Shown here: positions 13,570 to 28,420 of the stretch, one piece after another
Layout of the letters: every line of letters starts with the position of its first letter
Position numbering within the stretch: position 1 is the first letter of the stretch
Translations under genes and position numbers: made by a program
Notes under the pieces: generated by a model
Told to the model about the DNA's origin: nothing
The model's input: the letters and a program-made list of their open reading frames with translations, nothing else
Database searches by the model: none
DNA from: Nageia nagi
Taxonomy: Eukaryota; Plantae; Pinophyta
Assembly (NCBI GenBank): GCA_050084985.1
Contig: JBITNC010000001.1
Location: forward strand, 54,932,001 to 54,996,000
DNA length: 64,000 nucleotides
Direction of reading: 5' to 3'

Positions 13570-16500
13570 TGTAGGCACCATATCTAATAATCAAATGGGT
13601 AATAGAAAATAAGGGAATGCCTATGATGTAATATGATATGCTCATGCTATGCTAAGAAAATGATCAAATGATAATACCATGCATATAGCCTAGAAACATC
13701 TACATTCTCACACAAATGTATAGAAATGTAATAACTAAGGATATAAGTGCTTCATTGCTCCATGATAGCTCCATGTGCTCTCCAAAACCTACAAGAATGC
13801 TTAAAATCATATCAAAGGGGATGCTAGGGTATGCTATGGCTTGTGGATATACTCCAGGGTTTGGTTGGATGAGATGGATTGATTGGTAATAGCTAAGGCA
13901 AGAAGAAACAATGGACAGGCTCTAATTCGAGGGGGATGAGTGAGAGACTAGGAGGGAAAATGGATTTCAAAATTGACTTTATAGGTTGGGCATCAAATTG
14001 GTGGGTTGGTTGACTAACCGGTAGGTTGATCCTAAACCTGACTCATAAGGTCAATAATGGCTATGATAGAGCAATGGGATGAGAGTGATAAGACACAAAG
14101 CAATTGGGGATGAAAGGGTAATTTTGAGGTGCCTATAGATGCCCCCTTTTGAGATGAGTATCATAAGATATGAGAGTCAAATCAAAATGATGATAATGAG
14201 ATGATAAAAGGATGAAAAGATAAAATGATAAAAGGATGAAAAGATAAAAGGATAAAAGGATAAAATGATGAGATGATAAAATGATGATGATCAATGACTA
14301 ATGATGTTTTGCTGACACACAAAGAGATGTAGAGATATGCAAACCTACCACATGCTAAATGATCGAGACTCAAGATAAGTAAAGGATAACTTTGCCTCAT
14401 GTTCAATGGAAAGCAAAGCCAAACCATGGTAACAATGATCTTATTATAAAAGAATGATGGCCTTGCCCTATGCTGAATAGAAAGCAAGGTCTACTAAGGA
14501 TAAATATTACCCCATACTCAATGGAAAGTAAGAGAAATTTTAATAATAGGATCTTGCCCCATGGTCAATGGAAAGCAAGAGCTACCAACTATGATCAAAG
14601 TGGTGTGTGCAATGTGCTATGATACAATAAGTTGAAATAAAATGTCGAGGGTACCTATGGCTATAACACCTTGTAGTGCCAACATTATCATGCTGTAACT
14701 AGTCAGTACCACAACAAAAGGATGGAAGGTAATAAAAAGAAAGGTAACTATGGTTATAACACCTCACAATGCCAACATTATTATGCCATAACTAGTTGGT
14801 ACAAATTCTACAAATAAAATATGATATGATATAGAAAGGTACCTATAGCTATAACACCTCATGGTGCCAACACTATCATGCCATAACCAATCAATACAAA
14901 GACAAAAGATAACGATACAAAACAATAAAAGTAAATGATCTCTACTTTACCCCAACAACTGAAGGGTGAAATGACAAGCATAGACTCGTAGACCTATCAG
15001 GCATTAGATCATAGCACATAGGCATATGATGCTTGAAAAAATAAGATAAATAGCTCAAAAGATAACCTTACCCTATGCTCAATGGAAAGTAAGGAATATG
15101 ATAGAATTTTGTCCCATGCTCAATGGAAAGTAAGATAAATGAGAATGATAAAGTATTTCCCCATGCACAATGGAAAGAAAGAAAGGTGATAGCCATGATC
15201 AAAAGTGATAAATATAAGATAATGAAATATGACCCATTGCTAACATGATAAGATGATAATGCAATATTGGAAGAAGAAAGAAGGTGATGTCAACAAAACA
15301 TCATCAAATCATTGATAAAATGCTAATCGAATAGGGTACCAAAGCTCAAAGACATGATATGATAAGATCAAAGAGATGAATGAAAAATATTAAAGGCATG
15401 ATATGATAATAAATGGTTTGATAAATGATATGATGAATAATAGATTATGAAAGATAAAATAATAGAAGGATGATTTCTCAACTATTAACTGATGATGATA
15501 AAGTGAGAAAATAGATTCATTCATATTAAAGCCATTATCCATGCTCCATAAGATTAACTGTCCATCAAAAACCATGATAGTCAATAACTATGATCAATCC
15601 CAAACGAATGATATAAGGTAACTCGATAAATGATTGTCACCCAAGTGATTATATCCTCATCGAGAATAAGGCCCATCGGAAGTGATAATGATGTTAACTC
15701 AAATGAACCTCAAAGATATGTGTCTATGATGAGATGATTGGTATGCTAAGATGAGAGGCACACTTGATGATAACAAAAATGATAATGACAAGGGGATAAT
15801 GATGAACATGATGTAAGTGATGAGAGAAAAGAAGGCATAATATGATACAAACAAAGATGATGATATGACAACATGATGATGGGATGACAAGATAATGTGA
15901 TGATGATGCATGCCACATGAGGGAAGAGACAAGAATAGGGCTATGAAAAAGTGATGATAAAGATAGAACATGATGGTGATGGGAGATGAGTGATTGTTGT
16001 CCTACCTCGCAATCTCCACTAGTGGATAATCACAAAAGAGGAGTAGGTGCTAGTATCGACTCCCAAGATAATAAGATCATAAACAATATTGATGACATGA
16101 TGCAAGTGATGTCGATATGATAGCACTAAATAAAAAATTATAAGGCAAAGTCAAGTATAAGGAGATTATGTCAAATGGATCAATCGATAAAGGTACCATA
16201 AGAGGATGGAGGACTCACCTCATGGTAATCCTACTCATACAAGGCTACATTTTGATCATGACTAGGCAAAGGATTGTTGAATATCTCCAAATATTGATTA
16301 GGTGGTATGATTGGTGCTTTTGTTGATATTTGACCATCATATATAAGATCTTGGATCTCATGCTTCAATCATATGCACCCATTGGTGGTATGTATGCTTT
16401 TCCTATAAAACTCACAAAACTCATTTATGTTATACCAAGGTCTTGATGATGCTCTTGGATTTTCTTTGATCGAGGGAAAAGCCAAGAGATTTGCTTGTAA

Positions 16501-18960
16501 TAACTTGGGTAGGATATCCGATAGTGACTCCCCTAAGGAATGAAGTTTCTTCTTGACCTTGGATGAAGGGTTACTCTTTATCATGCATGGTTGGTGAAAG
16601 TTGCTTGGTTAACTTCGTCTGAGGGTTGAATTGATTATTGCTCATGATATGCTTAAAAGTTATCATTACACTTTTGATTTTGCCATGATTCTTCTTGCAT
16701 AATTTGATGTCACCTGATTGGATCTTGACTTCATTGATGAGTTTTGATTATGATAATGTATCCTCAAAAGATTTGTGTTGTTGGATTTGCAAGATGGAAG
16801 ATATGCTCTTGTTACAACTCTTGCAAAAGATCCTTATAAGCTCTTCTTGTGGTAAGGAGTACAAAAAATCTGTTATGATCGTCCTCCATCTTACTAGATA
16901 ATTGTTAATAGAATCATCATCATGTTGAGTTATTCTTGTTAAGTTAGTGATAAATTATCTTTTCCTTATGTTGATGGTAAAATGGTCTAAGAAGATACTT
17001 GTAATTACTCAAAGGAATAGATGCTATGTTGGGGAAAGTTGTTATACCAATCCAAAGCTTGGCCCACTAAATTCATCAAAAATATCCCAAGCATAAGGAC
17101 ATCATCATTTCTTATGAGATAGTAAGAATACTTGAATTACCTTAGTGCTATCTTGGATCTTCTTTTTCTTTGAGCTTGGCTATTTGAGGAACCTCAAACT
17201 TGTACGAAAATTGCTTGAGTGGAACCATGGGGTTGATAGGTTCATTGCAAATCGATTGTTAAGATAAGGTACTTTTGCTTTGAATGTTGATCCTTGATTC
17301 CATGTCATGCAATCTATTCAAAATATCATCATGAATTACTTGAGGTTGTTGATTTGCAATGCTTTGAGCTTGATAGGATGGTTGATGATAGTGTTGTTAT
17401 ATGATATATCCCAAGGGTTGATTCCATGTTGGATTGGGAATAAATTGACATTGTGGTTGAGCCATTTGATTGATATATCCTTGAATTTGAAGTTGATATA
17501 ATGGATATGTACATGATGAAGAGGAGGAGGAGGAGAAAAACTCACACCTTAATGTGGTTGATTAATGATGCCTTGAGAGACCACTTGCTAAAAGTTATCT
17601 TGGATTTAATTTTGATCAAGGTCATGTTGGATTGGATGATAGGAAGAATTGATTTGTACAACATAAGAAACTTGAGTTGGTTTGAATTTGATTATGATGT
17701 GGAACTCTCAAGGGGAGAGATTATGATGTAGCCCCATACCACAAGAAACAAAAAGATTAGATTGCATAACAAGATGCCTTGACAAACTAAGGGGCCTAAT
17801 GCATTGAGCATGATGATGAGATATTGATTCATGATGACGAATTATATGTTGTGCACTTGATGAGAAGGGAGGGACACTTGATAGAAAGGATGTGGTTAGG
17901 GCCAATGGAGAGATTACTTGTTGCAAATGTTGATATTGATTAGAGTTATTGCAACAAGAGGTGAGGGGGTGATAAAAGAAGGCTAAGGATCAAAGCATGA
18001 AGGAACATGATAATGAACCACATTTTGAAGATGAGAAGGAAGGGACATGCTTAGATTAAAATGATGCTAAAGAATGAATTATTTAGAGAGTGATACTGAA
18101 GATTCTTAAACAACGGGGTCATCAACAAACTGATTCTTGATGGATGAAGGAAGATTTTGAAATGAAGGATGAGACTTGATTTAACTAGCTAATTAGGGAC
18201 CAAGAGGCATAGTGGCTTGATGAGAGGGGAGAAATGAAATGGTCTAGAATGATGAGAAAGGATAGAAACATGAGAGGGAGGGGTGGTAAACCTAGAAGGA
18301 AGAGGTTGATAAGGTGGCTATAGATTGAGGTCTTACTCTTGATCTTGCTCTAGTTGATTAGACCTAAGGGTGGCTACCATGCTCACATTAGGGTCTATCA
18401 AATTTCCAAGGATTAATCAACCTTAAAAAAGAAGGAATAAATGGAAAGAACAGCAATGTTGCTAATATAAATGTTCGACGGTGCTAAACAATGATAAACA
18501 AATAAAAACCAAGCCTAAAATATTTTAATTTTTTTATAGTGAAATGTAAAACTAATGCATAAACACCTTGTATGATAAGATAATAATGCCTATATGATTA
18601 TGATGACATGATGATTAATATAGCAATGGTGATTTGTCTTAATCTAATTGCTTTTTGTTCAAATTTTCTATTATCTTGATTAGTGATGATTGATTTTATG
18701 ATAAATTGACCTCTTGATTAGTTTACCTAAGGCTTGATGTAGTCAAGTATTTAGGGATGAAAGCTCAATCTCTAGGGGAAACCTAGGCTCAAATGTGTTT
18801 AAAAATGCAAGATTAATTGAACAATGATATGCAACTAAATGGATGCAAACTACAAGATTACACCCTTCACAAGATATGATAAGGCACTCCTAGGATAAAA
18901 ATAACAAACAAGACCTATGCTAAAGCATGATAAAAAAGAAATACAAGCCTGAGGGATTCT
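13570..18960 (-). mobile_element. Tat/Ogre-like Ty3/Gypsy derivative: gag, repeat-rich 3' region, PPT, 3' LTR 13570-14137; no pol seen
   Basis: LTR termini TGTAGGCACC (13570) and GGTGCCTATA (14137). Minus-strand PPT AAAAGGGGGCATC (14138-14150). gag remnants FEVPQIAKLKEKKDP (~17200) and Zn-knuckle-like WYNINEFCEFYRKSIHTTNGC (ORF 16369-16584). Repeats ATGCTCAATGGAAAG and GGTACCTATGGCTATAACACC in 14390-15180. Confidence 0.7.
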
Positions 18961-18989
18961 TGCTCCAAGCTTTCATCACAAATCAATAG

Positions 18990-21900
18990 TATCATTGAGT
19001 TCTTTTTTCCGTTTGTGGAGAAATTACAGCTTGATTATTTGTTACAAGAGACAACTCATTAAAATCAAATACATGTTCAATAGGGTCAAAGACATGTTCA
19101 ACAGGAGTCAACTCATGCAAATAAGGGACTTTTTCAATAGGAGTTGACTCATGCAAATCAAATCCAATATTCATGTACCATCTAGATTGAAGCAATATTC
19201 TAATCTTCATGACATGCTTACAAATATTACCTCATAGAACCCACATACATTTACATGTAAAATAATGTTTACTACGATTGACCAAAAGGTATTTGGTGGA
19301 CTAATATGTTTAACTTTATACCCAATATGCATTAGTAATACTTTCATCACAAGAACAATGAGAATCTAGAATATGATGGGATCTCTCTCATGCAGTTTCA
19401 AGATTCTTCTTTTCCTTGTAGTTATTCCAGAAACCAAAAGTCTATAGCATTTCTTTGTGGTTGTAGTATGGCTCCACTTTTTGATCAAATTGGGCTAATA
19501 ACCAATCCAACCTCCTTGAAATCTTTTTAGTCTTTTCCTTTAGAAATCTTTGTTTTAAGAAGCAATGGTAAGACTCAATTGCTACATTAGTTTCTTTGTT
19601 GGCATGTGGGAAATTTCTAAAGGCTTTTTCCCACATGGTTGCAATTGACATGAAATAAGTACAGTTAGGATTCAATAACAATGTTGATGGGATAAATTTA
19701 GTCTAAAATTAGTGGAGTATAGTATGATGATGAGAAATTTAGTACAACAATAATATCATAAATAAATTGGATTAGAACTTATTAAACTTATCATTTTCTA
19801 CCCAACAACGATTGAAGTAATCTATGAACCTCTTCCCCTCCTCAAATTCTTTGTTGAATCATCGATAAGTGCCCTTATCGAGATTGTATTGTCTGTGGTA
19901 TGCATAATGTGTCCCAACTTCAATAATATCCTCGTACGCACATCTTTGTCGGATAAAAGCTTAATTACATTTTTCAACCATGCCCTTAGTACATGCCACC
20001 AACACATAAGATGCCGAAAACTGAACACCATCCTATTGCATTTATTGAAAAACAATTGATAAACTTATGAATTGAATTTTGCTTAAAATAAAATGGTAAC
20101 TTACGTAATTCATAAAGAGAGAGCAATCTAATATATCAACATAATATTAGTAGCTTATAAGATAAGGAACACTCCAATAGAAAATATATTTTTTTCCATT
20201 ATCTTTGTTATATAAACATTGAGGCATTAGATGATTAACAACACAACTTATGTAATTGCCCAAGTTGATTCCTTAAGGCACTTTATTTCTAAACCTCATA
20301 TCCAAGGTAGAGTTGCTACATAACTGATGTTTTTTTTTGTAAGGTTAAATTTATTAAATGGGATTCTTTATACAATGCTTCAAAAACCTATTTTTACAAT
20401 AAGTTTGATTTTTTATGTACAACAAAAGCAAAAGGCTATTCCTAATCCTATTCCTTCTTCGTAATGTCAACCACCTTAACTAGCACATCTGAATCCAATT
20501 TACTATTTCTTGCTAACTCTAGGCAATATTTATTGAGCTCCAGCATGCCCCACATACCTTCCACCTCAACCTATGTGAAATCAAAAACTTTTGCCACTTT
20601 AATCCCAAAGGGAATATCCTCCATTTTGGCCGCTAAGGAGAATTGCTTTCGCAGAAGATGATTTTTGTAATCATCATCGTAGATCCAATGGAGAGCCTTA
20701 TGAATAATCTTAATACCTCTCTCCACGTTCATTTTCCTCAGGGACTTTCCCTAGGACATCCTTATGAAAAAATAATGAAAGTGCTTCATTTTCCTTTTTG
20801 GCTTCTTTGGCTTCTCCAATCCAGCTTGTTCCACAAATTGCTAAATTCGTCTCAGGTACTCTATCAGAGAAACTACCACTTGATCATCTTCCATGGGTTT
20901 TGAACATATTGTTTTTATCATAATCATTTCCATGGAATTCCTTGGATAGACCTTTGCCACTAACTCTACAATGATTTTGGTTTCATCCTAATCCTCTGTA
21001 ACACTTTCTTCTACCAGCTCTACCTTGAGCATTAGCTCCATTATCATATTGAGGACCTCTTGAGACTCCATAGAATGGAAATCTTCCTTAGTTGCGGTTG
21101 TAAATTCCACCTCAAGAGCATGTTGGTCTTCCTCCCTAACCTCTAGTAATGCTAGTATTGGGTCCTCGAGCTCCACCACCTCACACTCCAAGAGAATGTG
21201 TTCTTGTTGGCTTCCTTCCTTGCCCTAAATGTTTGAGTCTCCTTGAAGTGGGTGAGACATGTGACATTTAGTAAGTAATAATTACCATTGGACCCTCTAT
21301 CATTTCCCATGTATTAATAGCCATGTTCATGTAAGTCATCGTTTAACCTGCTTGCCTCTCCTTGGCGACCTTCCTAGGATTCTTCATCTTTTGCAAAAGT
21401 CATCCAATTTTCATCCACCATTGCTTTGATCTTGCTAATCAATATCTGCACCTACATAGCTATGTCTTGAAGCTCCAAATCTAGTTTTCAAATATGTAAT
21501 TTATTCTAATACCCATATTATAGAAATTAAATTTCGATAAGCATATATAAAAAACCATTGTATAAAATAGATTGTTTTGAAGGAACATACCATGCACATG
21601 TACAAAACGCATAATTTGACTTAAAATAAAGTATTTTTTAAAATCCTTTTAGGAAAAGATAGTTAAGACATGTTGAAGATTGATGAGGATATTTTTCATA
21701 ATTTTTTCATGAATATTTTTTTCATTAATTTTGTATTGGCCCTAATTGTTGTTTTTAAAAGTGCTTGTATACGACATTCATAATTTGAGCTAAACTTATG
21801 TTTTTTTGAATTATTTTTTATTTAGTCCCTCATGATAAACTTACCCCATCATCAAAGAATAGTCCCATGCAAAGCCTAAAAATCTTGATATTCTTATAAA
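18990..21900 (-). mobile_element. Mutator (MULE) transposase pseudogene: C-terminal half with introns, plus probable N-terminal and terminal sequence
   Basis: LMCWWHVLRAW (ORF 19822-20055); ETNVAIESYHCFLK and RRLDWLL (ORF 19442-19681); SWIM finger TCKC...ICKHV (~19210-19260). The 20460-21900 portion is assigned with less certainty. Confidence 0.8.
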
Positions 21901-21949
21901 CTTCCCACTATTATATATAGAGGGACATCTGACTACCTCGATAATAGTC

Positions 21950-23600
21950 TCATCTTGTGATAGCTAGCCTCCTTTGCCAACCTTATTATCTATCAATACA
22001 AGATTGATGTACTTGCCCCATTAACATCGTGTGATATTACATCTCTCACTCACCAAGCATCATTCCTCAATTGCTTATACATATCATGAGGAACCTGCAT
22101 ATTCTCTAATCTCACTAGTTGTGCCTCTAAGGTTGATATATCCAAGCCTCTATCATAACTAGTTGAGAATCTATCAACGTCAAAATGTTCCTTAATACAT
22201 CTTGCTCTACATGAAAAGTCATTATCTCATCACTATCTCTATTATTATTTGATCTTGATCCACCTAACCTCGTTGTAGTATAATCAAGGTTATCATTATC
22301 CTTTTCCTCCCTCTTCTCATCCTCTCCTCTGAGTGATCCAGGGGAATTACAATGTATACCTCATTCTAACCACCACCTAGTATCACTCTCCTCCCTACTC
22401 ACCTCTCCTAGCCTAGTTGAAAGTCAAAGTAGTCTTTACATCATCACCATTTATAAAAGCAACTCATGTTTAATATATCACCATAGCCTCCATATATACC
22501 CCTTAATGTCTACCATCACCTCTCACCTATCTATATAACATGAGTGATGGTGAAACATCTTATGCTAAGTTTATTTGATGAGCCAACCAACCAAATTGAA
22601 TATACTATGAATACTCTCATCATCAACCAACAATCCACCTCTTCTATCATGCTTGTCTCAATTGTATCCAAAATCGTACCTCAAAAATAAGTTGTTTAAA
22701 TAATATCTCTATGAATCAAACTCTATAACACATACACATAATTAATTAGCATCATCACTACTGAAGTAAGAAAAACCATGTCCCTAATCATCCTATCTCC
22801 ATCTAAAAATATAAACTACCTCTTAATGGAAATGATCTTGAATATTATATGCTAGTTTGAGTGGCATATCCATTGTAACGTGCTCATAGGATCATACCTA
22901 TAGTGTCACACTAACACTTAGTCCATATCATGCTGCTCAACATCACTCAAAAATATTTTTATAGTATTGAGCCAACATATATGGACTCCATTCATAGTCT
23001 AAAACTATATCATCTCAACTAAAATACCACCCATGCCCCATGGGAATTTACCATCCCTCGAATCAAGGAGCACAAAATATGTAATATAAATCATAATAAA
23101 ATTTATCAATCCTCTTCCCTTTAGGGCCTCCATATATCGAGAATAAAAATAGATGATCTCACTATCCAACTCCATCACCATCTGCATTGATGTTTAGGCA
23201 TCATACAAATGTGTCAAAATCAATATCTACTAGGATAAATCTATTTTTATATCCACATACTATCCCTTCTTTGGAAGTCTTCAAATTTGATAAATATCCT
23301 CTAATGTTAATGTCATCTCCCTTATGGGAAAATGAAAGATGCAAATGTGATTATCTTATAATCTCATCAATGTAGTTAGCATACTAAAGTTGATCTTAAC
23401 CCCTTAAAATAATCACATCCATCTAAATCCAATCACATCAACAAGATCTCTCTAAATATAATCAAACCCACCCTCAACTCAAAACATCTATAACTAAATT
23501 GGCTTCAAGGTATAATTATCTCTTTGTCACGAGGGAGTATCTAACATCTTGAAAACCATTATTAGAGCACCCAATGCTCTATTCTTGATCTTCATTTTTA
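21950..23600 (-). mobile_element. Heavily decayed Ty3/Gypsy pol
   Basis: Faint protease, RT, RNase H (ECDA-like) and integrase C-terminal traces on the minus strand. Confidence 0.4.
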
Positions 23601-25340
23601 TTATTATGTTATCCATTTTAGGTGAAGCTTATCACTAAAGTCAAGTTTATCACCTATGGATCATGTATCTTTTATTCACCCTAGGATACTTCATTGAATT
23701 ATGTATTAACATCCATTATCTTTTGTTATTAACAAGTATATATCAATACTCCATTATCTTTGTTATTTTCATGGTCATTAGTGGTTTTATTTATCAATCC
23801 TTTGAATAGGTTTAAGGTTGACCACCTACTAAGGAAGGTTTAATTATCTTTTCAAAACTAAGTTAACTCCCTAAATTAAATAGGTGATTTTAAAGGTTTT
23901 GTTGTTTCCTTGTTGCAAGTAATAGATTTGGAAAGTTAGATCTTACATGATAACTAAGAAATCCATATCAACAATGTGATCATACAAGTAATCCTTGGCA
24001 ACTTAAACCCAATTTTTTTAAGTAAGAATAGATGCTTTATGTTTTTTTATATTCTAAATAGTGCATTTATTTTTGCTTACAAATCCTAACCTCTAAAAAA
24101 TCTAGGATAAATGTTAATCCCTCCAAAACCATTGAGTTTTCAAGTGTAACTTGTGAAGGACTTACCAACTCAATCCAAAATGTTAGAACTCATCAATTTG
24201 ATGCACAAAGTATCTTCTTCCTTATTTCAATTTAATATACATACTAGATCTAGGATTGCGATATTCTATTGTTAGATCTTATGTGCCTTAGTTTGTTGTG
24301 AATGATCATATTTCACTCTTTAATCACATATTGATATCATTTTGGTCATATTTCTTTTTATAGCCCATGATAAATACTACATTTATTATTACTATAAACC
24401 ATTTTATTTGTTTACAATTATGTCAAAGCAATCATTCATGTAGAAAATATTTTGAAGTAGAAGAAAAAAGTATTATAATGAAAATCCCTGCACAATCTTT
24501 AGAACAAGTTACACGTGAATGCGTTTTTACCTTTTTAGATGCTTAGACTTAGAAGATTTTTTCTTAGAGTATAGTGAGAATAAAAATGAATACCATCTAC
24601 TCACTAACTTTATGACTATAAAGAAAAAAGAGAATGGAATCATAAAAAAAAAAAAAAAGTGATTTATTATAAGTAAACATAGAATCATGTTAACAATAGA
24701 TCAAACAATGAAATGAATACTTATTTTATGTAAACTTTTTTATCCTAAATTTAATTTGAATTTAAAGATAAAAAATATATAACAAAATTTGATAATATCA
24801 TTAAAAATTATCAAGTTAGAAACAAACATGATAAATTTTAGACTTACACCTATTCTTACAATGATAAGATAAAATCAAATCTATTTAATTGTAAACAATT
24901 TCAGCATCTTGTTTTACACCAAACTTCAAATTAAAAGCACATATTATAAGACTACACAAAACAATACAAGTATCACATAAACCCTAGCTCTCATTTTTTA
25001 CATTATCACGTATTAGTCACATGTTAATTTGAAACAATTTATTCAATATAGTTACTTTTATCTCACATTGCAAAGACTTTTAAAATGCAAATGTTAATAG
25101 TCAAATTCTTTAATCTCCTCCAGATAGTTTTCTTCTTGTCTTTTTGTGTTAAAGAGAGATTGAATGAAAATAGTAAAAATCCCCAATTTAATACAGAGAA
25201 AACAAAATATTTGAACTTCTGTTTTCAATGGTCAATAGCTCTCCAAGTGATGATCTGGCTTTGAGGTTCGTTCCTGCCTTTCAATTCTAAATTCAGCAAT
25301 GCGAAGCCCAAAAGCAGTTGTTAAAATACCAAATAGCCCT

Positions 25341-25590
25341 GTTCTTCATTTAGTTCTACTCAAGATAAACAAGTTTTTAGACCGCCGGTTTCTTCTTCTA
25401 ACTTGAGTGTTTTGACATGCACGAAACAGCTTAACACCTTGCGGAGTACATTCGTGGAAGACTCCTGTTCTTCATTTATTTATGGTCAAAAACAATTTTC
25501 TATACCGATTTCTTCTTCTAACTTGGAGTCCTAAGATCTATTGAAGAGCTGGATACCTCCAAATTGTGGAGCACATTCTTGGAAGACTCG
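25341..25590. repeat. Diverged tandem duplication, 2 x ~127 bp
   Basis: GTTCTTCATTTA...TTTCTTCTTCTAACTTG...GGAAGACTC occurs twice. Confidence 0.75.
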
Positions 25591-25794
25591 CTAGTGCCGG
25601 ATCTTGCAGAGGAACCTTTTGACGGCATACAATTTAAATCATGTCATGTTTCATCAGAAAATCTTGTAGTCACCCATTGTTTTCGATGCTTCGTATTATT
25701 TGGATTTCTTTGGTTGATGTGTTGTCCCTCTGTCAGCAAAAAGATATAAATAGGGAGCCAGGCACGATGGTGAATCAATGATAGCCCTTCTAGA

Positions 25795-25859
25795 TAGTTT
25801 TGGAACACCAGAGAGGACGGTCCATGGGTAGTTTTGGAACACCGGAGAGGATGGTCCAT
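25795..25859. repeat. 34-bp tandem repeat, 2 copies
   Basis: TAGTTTTGGAACACC(A/G)GAGAGGA(C/T)GGTCCAT occurs twice. Confidence 0.9.
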
Positions 25860-26137
25860 ATTCTTGATGTGATCTTTACCAATTCTCCTTCAAATTTTCC
25901 ATTCTTTATCTGCATAGCTTTTCTAATCAGCTATGTGAAACGAATTCTTGGTTATTGGATAAAGTTTACATTTGTTTTTTCTTCCTTTTTGCTATGTGCA
26001 TGTGATAAGGAGAATTGATAAATGGAAATTTTATGGTTCGAATGAATTTTACATTTGATAATTCTATGTGTGTATTTATAATTTTATATATCAGAAGTTA
26101 TATTAATTTATATTTATATTTTGAAAATTTTAATTTT

Positions 26138-26375
26138 TTTCAAAATTAAGAGATTATAAATTAGAGAACAATTCAGTTATAATATGTCAAATCAACATAG
26201 TTAATTTTATGTAACTAACAAGATTGAAATTTGACACTCAATTGAACCTTTTTTTAGCTTTTGAAACTATTTTTTACAGTCAAAATTTTTTTAAACATCA
26301 TATAAGAAGGGTATATATTTTTTATTAGCAATGCATATATACTAAGAAAAAAAATTGGGAATTGATTAATTTTTT

Positions 26376-26413
<38 letters not shown>

Positions 26414-27093
26414 GTAAAAATATTTATATATAATTAAAAATATGTATATTTAATCTATGTAAGAGATAATTTTATTATATTATTAATGTATTTCGAAGGA
26501 TAAAAGAAATGAATACATATTGATGGACATTATGCTATTGAAACCGTCAGAAAAAAATTATCTATAGATAGAGGTAAATGTCAAATTTCAACCTTGTTGG
26601 CATCTAAATTTTAGTTGTTTTCAAAATTAAGAGATTATAAATTAGAGAACAATTCGGTTATAATATGTCAAATCAACAATGTTAATTTTATGTAACTAAC
26701 AGGATTGAAATTTGACGTTGAATTGAACTTTTTTTTGGCTTTTTAAATTGTTTTTTACAGTCAGAATTTTTTTAAACATCATATAAGAAGGGTATATATT
26801 TTTTATTACCAATACATATATACTAAGAAAAAAATTGGAAATTGATTAATTTTTTAAAATATTTATTTATGATATTAATATTTATATATATATTTTTATG
26901 TAAAAATATTTATATATAATTAAAAATATGTATATTTAATCTGTGTAAGAGATAATTTTATTATATTATTAATGTATTTCGAAGGATAAAAGAATTGAAT
27001 GCATATTGATGGACATTATGCTATTGAAACCGTCAGAAAAAAATATCACTGAATAGAGGTAAATGTCGAATTTCAACCTTGTTGGCATCTAAA
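26138..27093. repeat. Tandem duplication, 2 x ~480 bp, with an (AT)n microsatellite at ~26379-26410
   Basis: TTCAAAATTAAGAGATTATAAATTAGAGAACAATTC...CAACCTTGTTGGCATCTAAAT repeated at high identity. Confidence 0.92.
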
Positions 27094-27283
27094 TCTTTTT
27101 CATAATATTTAGTCCAAACTCATTATAAGTACAAGAAAAGTGATGTTCAGGAATCAAAATAATGTTTACATTAATAAAACTAAGTTTATTTTTTTATTAA
27201 GAAAAAATTAAAATAAATAAGTAAATTTTAAATTGACATGTAGAATTTTTTTTTAAAATTTTAAACATGATTGAAATATAAGA

Positions 27284-28420
27284 TTTTTTGAATGATTAGG
27301 TCTGTATTATAAACATTAAATCATACAAAAGGAGGTGGGTGCAAAACTCACACCTGGAACGCTTTCCACTATAACAAAAAGAAACAAGAGTTCAAAATAA
27401 GCAAGTACATACTGTTATACCACCATACTGCTATACCACCTAGTAGGATCCCAAAAAAAAAATCCACTACCAACCACATGGTAGTCCACCAAGGCTACAA
27501 ACAAAATAACAAAATCAAGAGGAAAACAACAATAAATCACCATCATTGGTTAGACCCCTTAACACATGAATTTAACACCATGAAGAAGTGGGTGGAGTAT
27601 TGGCAAGCGAGTGCTAGTTGGCACAAGAGTGGCATCCTCATTAATAGTTATTGTAGGATTCATCATATCTTCATTATGCTTCCATACATTGGAAGGGATC
27701 CGTGGCTAGTGTGTATTATCCAATGTTTCTTGAATCTCATGCCAATTCGAACCATCTGGCACATGCTCAATAGTAAATGATTGAGCGACCCAACCATTAG
27801 TCGTCACTTCATTAAGTGCAAAATTAACTAGATTCGGTCAACCATAAGAAGTACCATCACCTTCAGTTTGATCACCCCAGCCATCATTATGTTGAGATGA
27901 GCTCGATTGATCACCCTAGCCAGAAGTCTATCGACAAGAGGTGAGATGATATTCATGAGCACTTCGCACGAGCGGAGGATATGGAGCCCAGTTATAATGT
28001 TGTTGCTAGTGAAACATGCGGGCAGAGCTCTAGTTTTGCTCCCTAGGGGAAAGAGACGATGTTGTTTGGATCATAAGCATTCTTATCAGACTAATGAAGG
28101 GGGAACACCACTCACTGAGCAGGGGGCATTGCCCTAGTGACTGATGAGATCTTGCAGGTGGTTGATTTCCAAAAAAATTAATGGCATTTCTTTCTTTCCA
28201 CAAGTGGAGCAAAATTATAATTATGAAAATATTCCAAAATTCTTCCATATAATCAGAGAAATATGGAGGATCTCCTAGAATGTTGTGGATTCTTTTGTTT
28301 CTTTCATTCCAGAGTTCCCAAAGGGCATGGGGTAGCAAGAAGGTCCATCTCTTTCCCGACTTCTGCTTGCATTGTGGGTGCCATTTTTGAATAGCTTCTG
28401 TGACTGAAATTCCCATCTCA
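27284..28420 (-). mobile_element. LINE 3' end remnant
   Basis: ORF 28030-28416 has the L1 C-terminal motif W.LW.ERN twice (LWELWNERNKR, LWKERN). Followed by a T-rich 3' UTR and a short A tail near 27284. Confidence 0.5.

Noticed and set aside
14182-15971. His/Ile/Ser-rich ORFs as genes
   Set aside because: They are by-products of ATG/GAT-rich low-complexity retroelement sequence.
25880-26035. miRNA hairpin
   Set aside because: The short inverted segments are not nested into one continuous stem, and no known miRNA was recognised.
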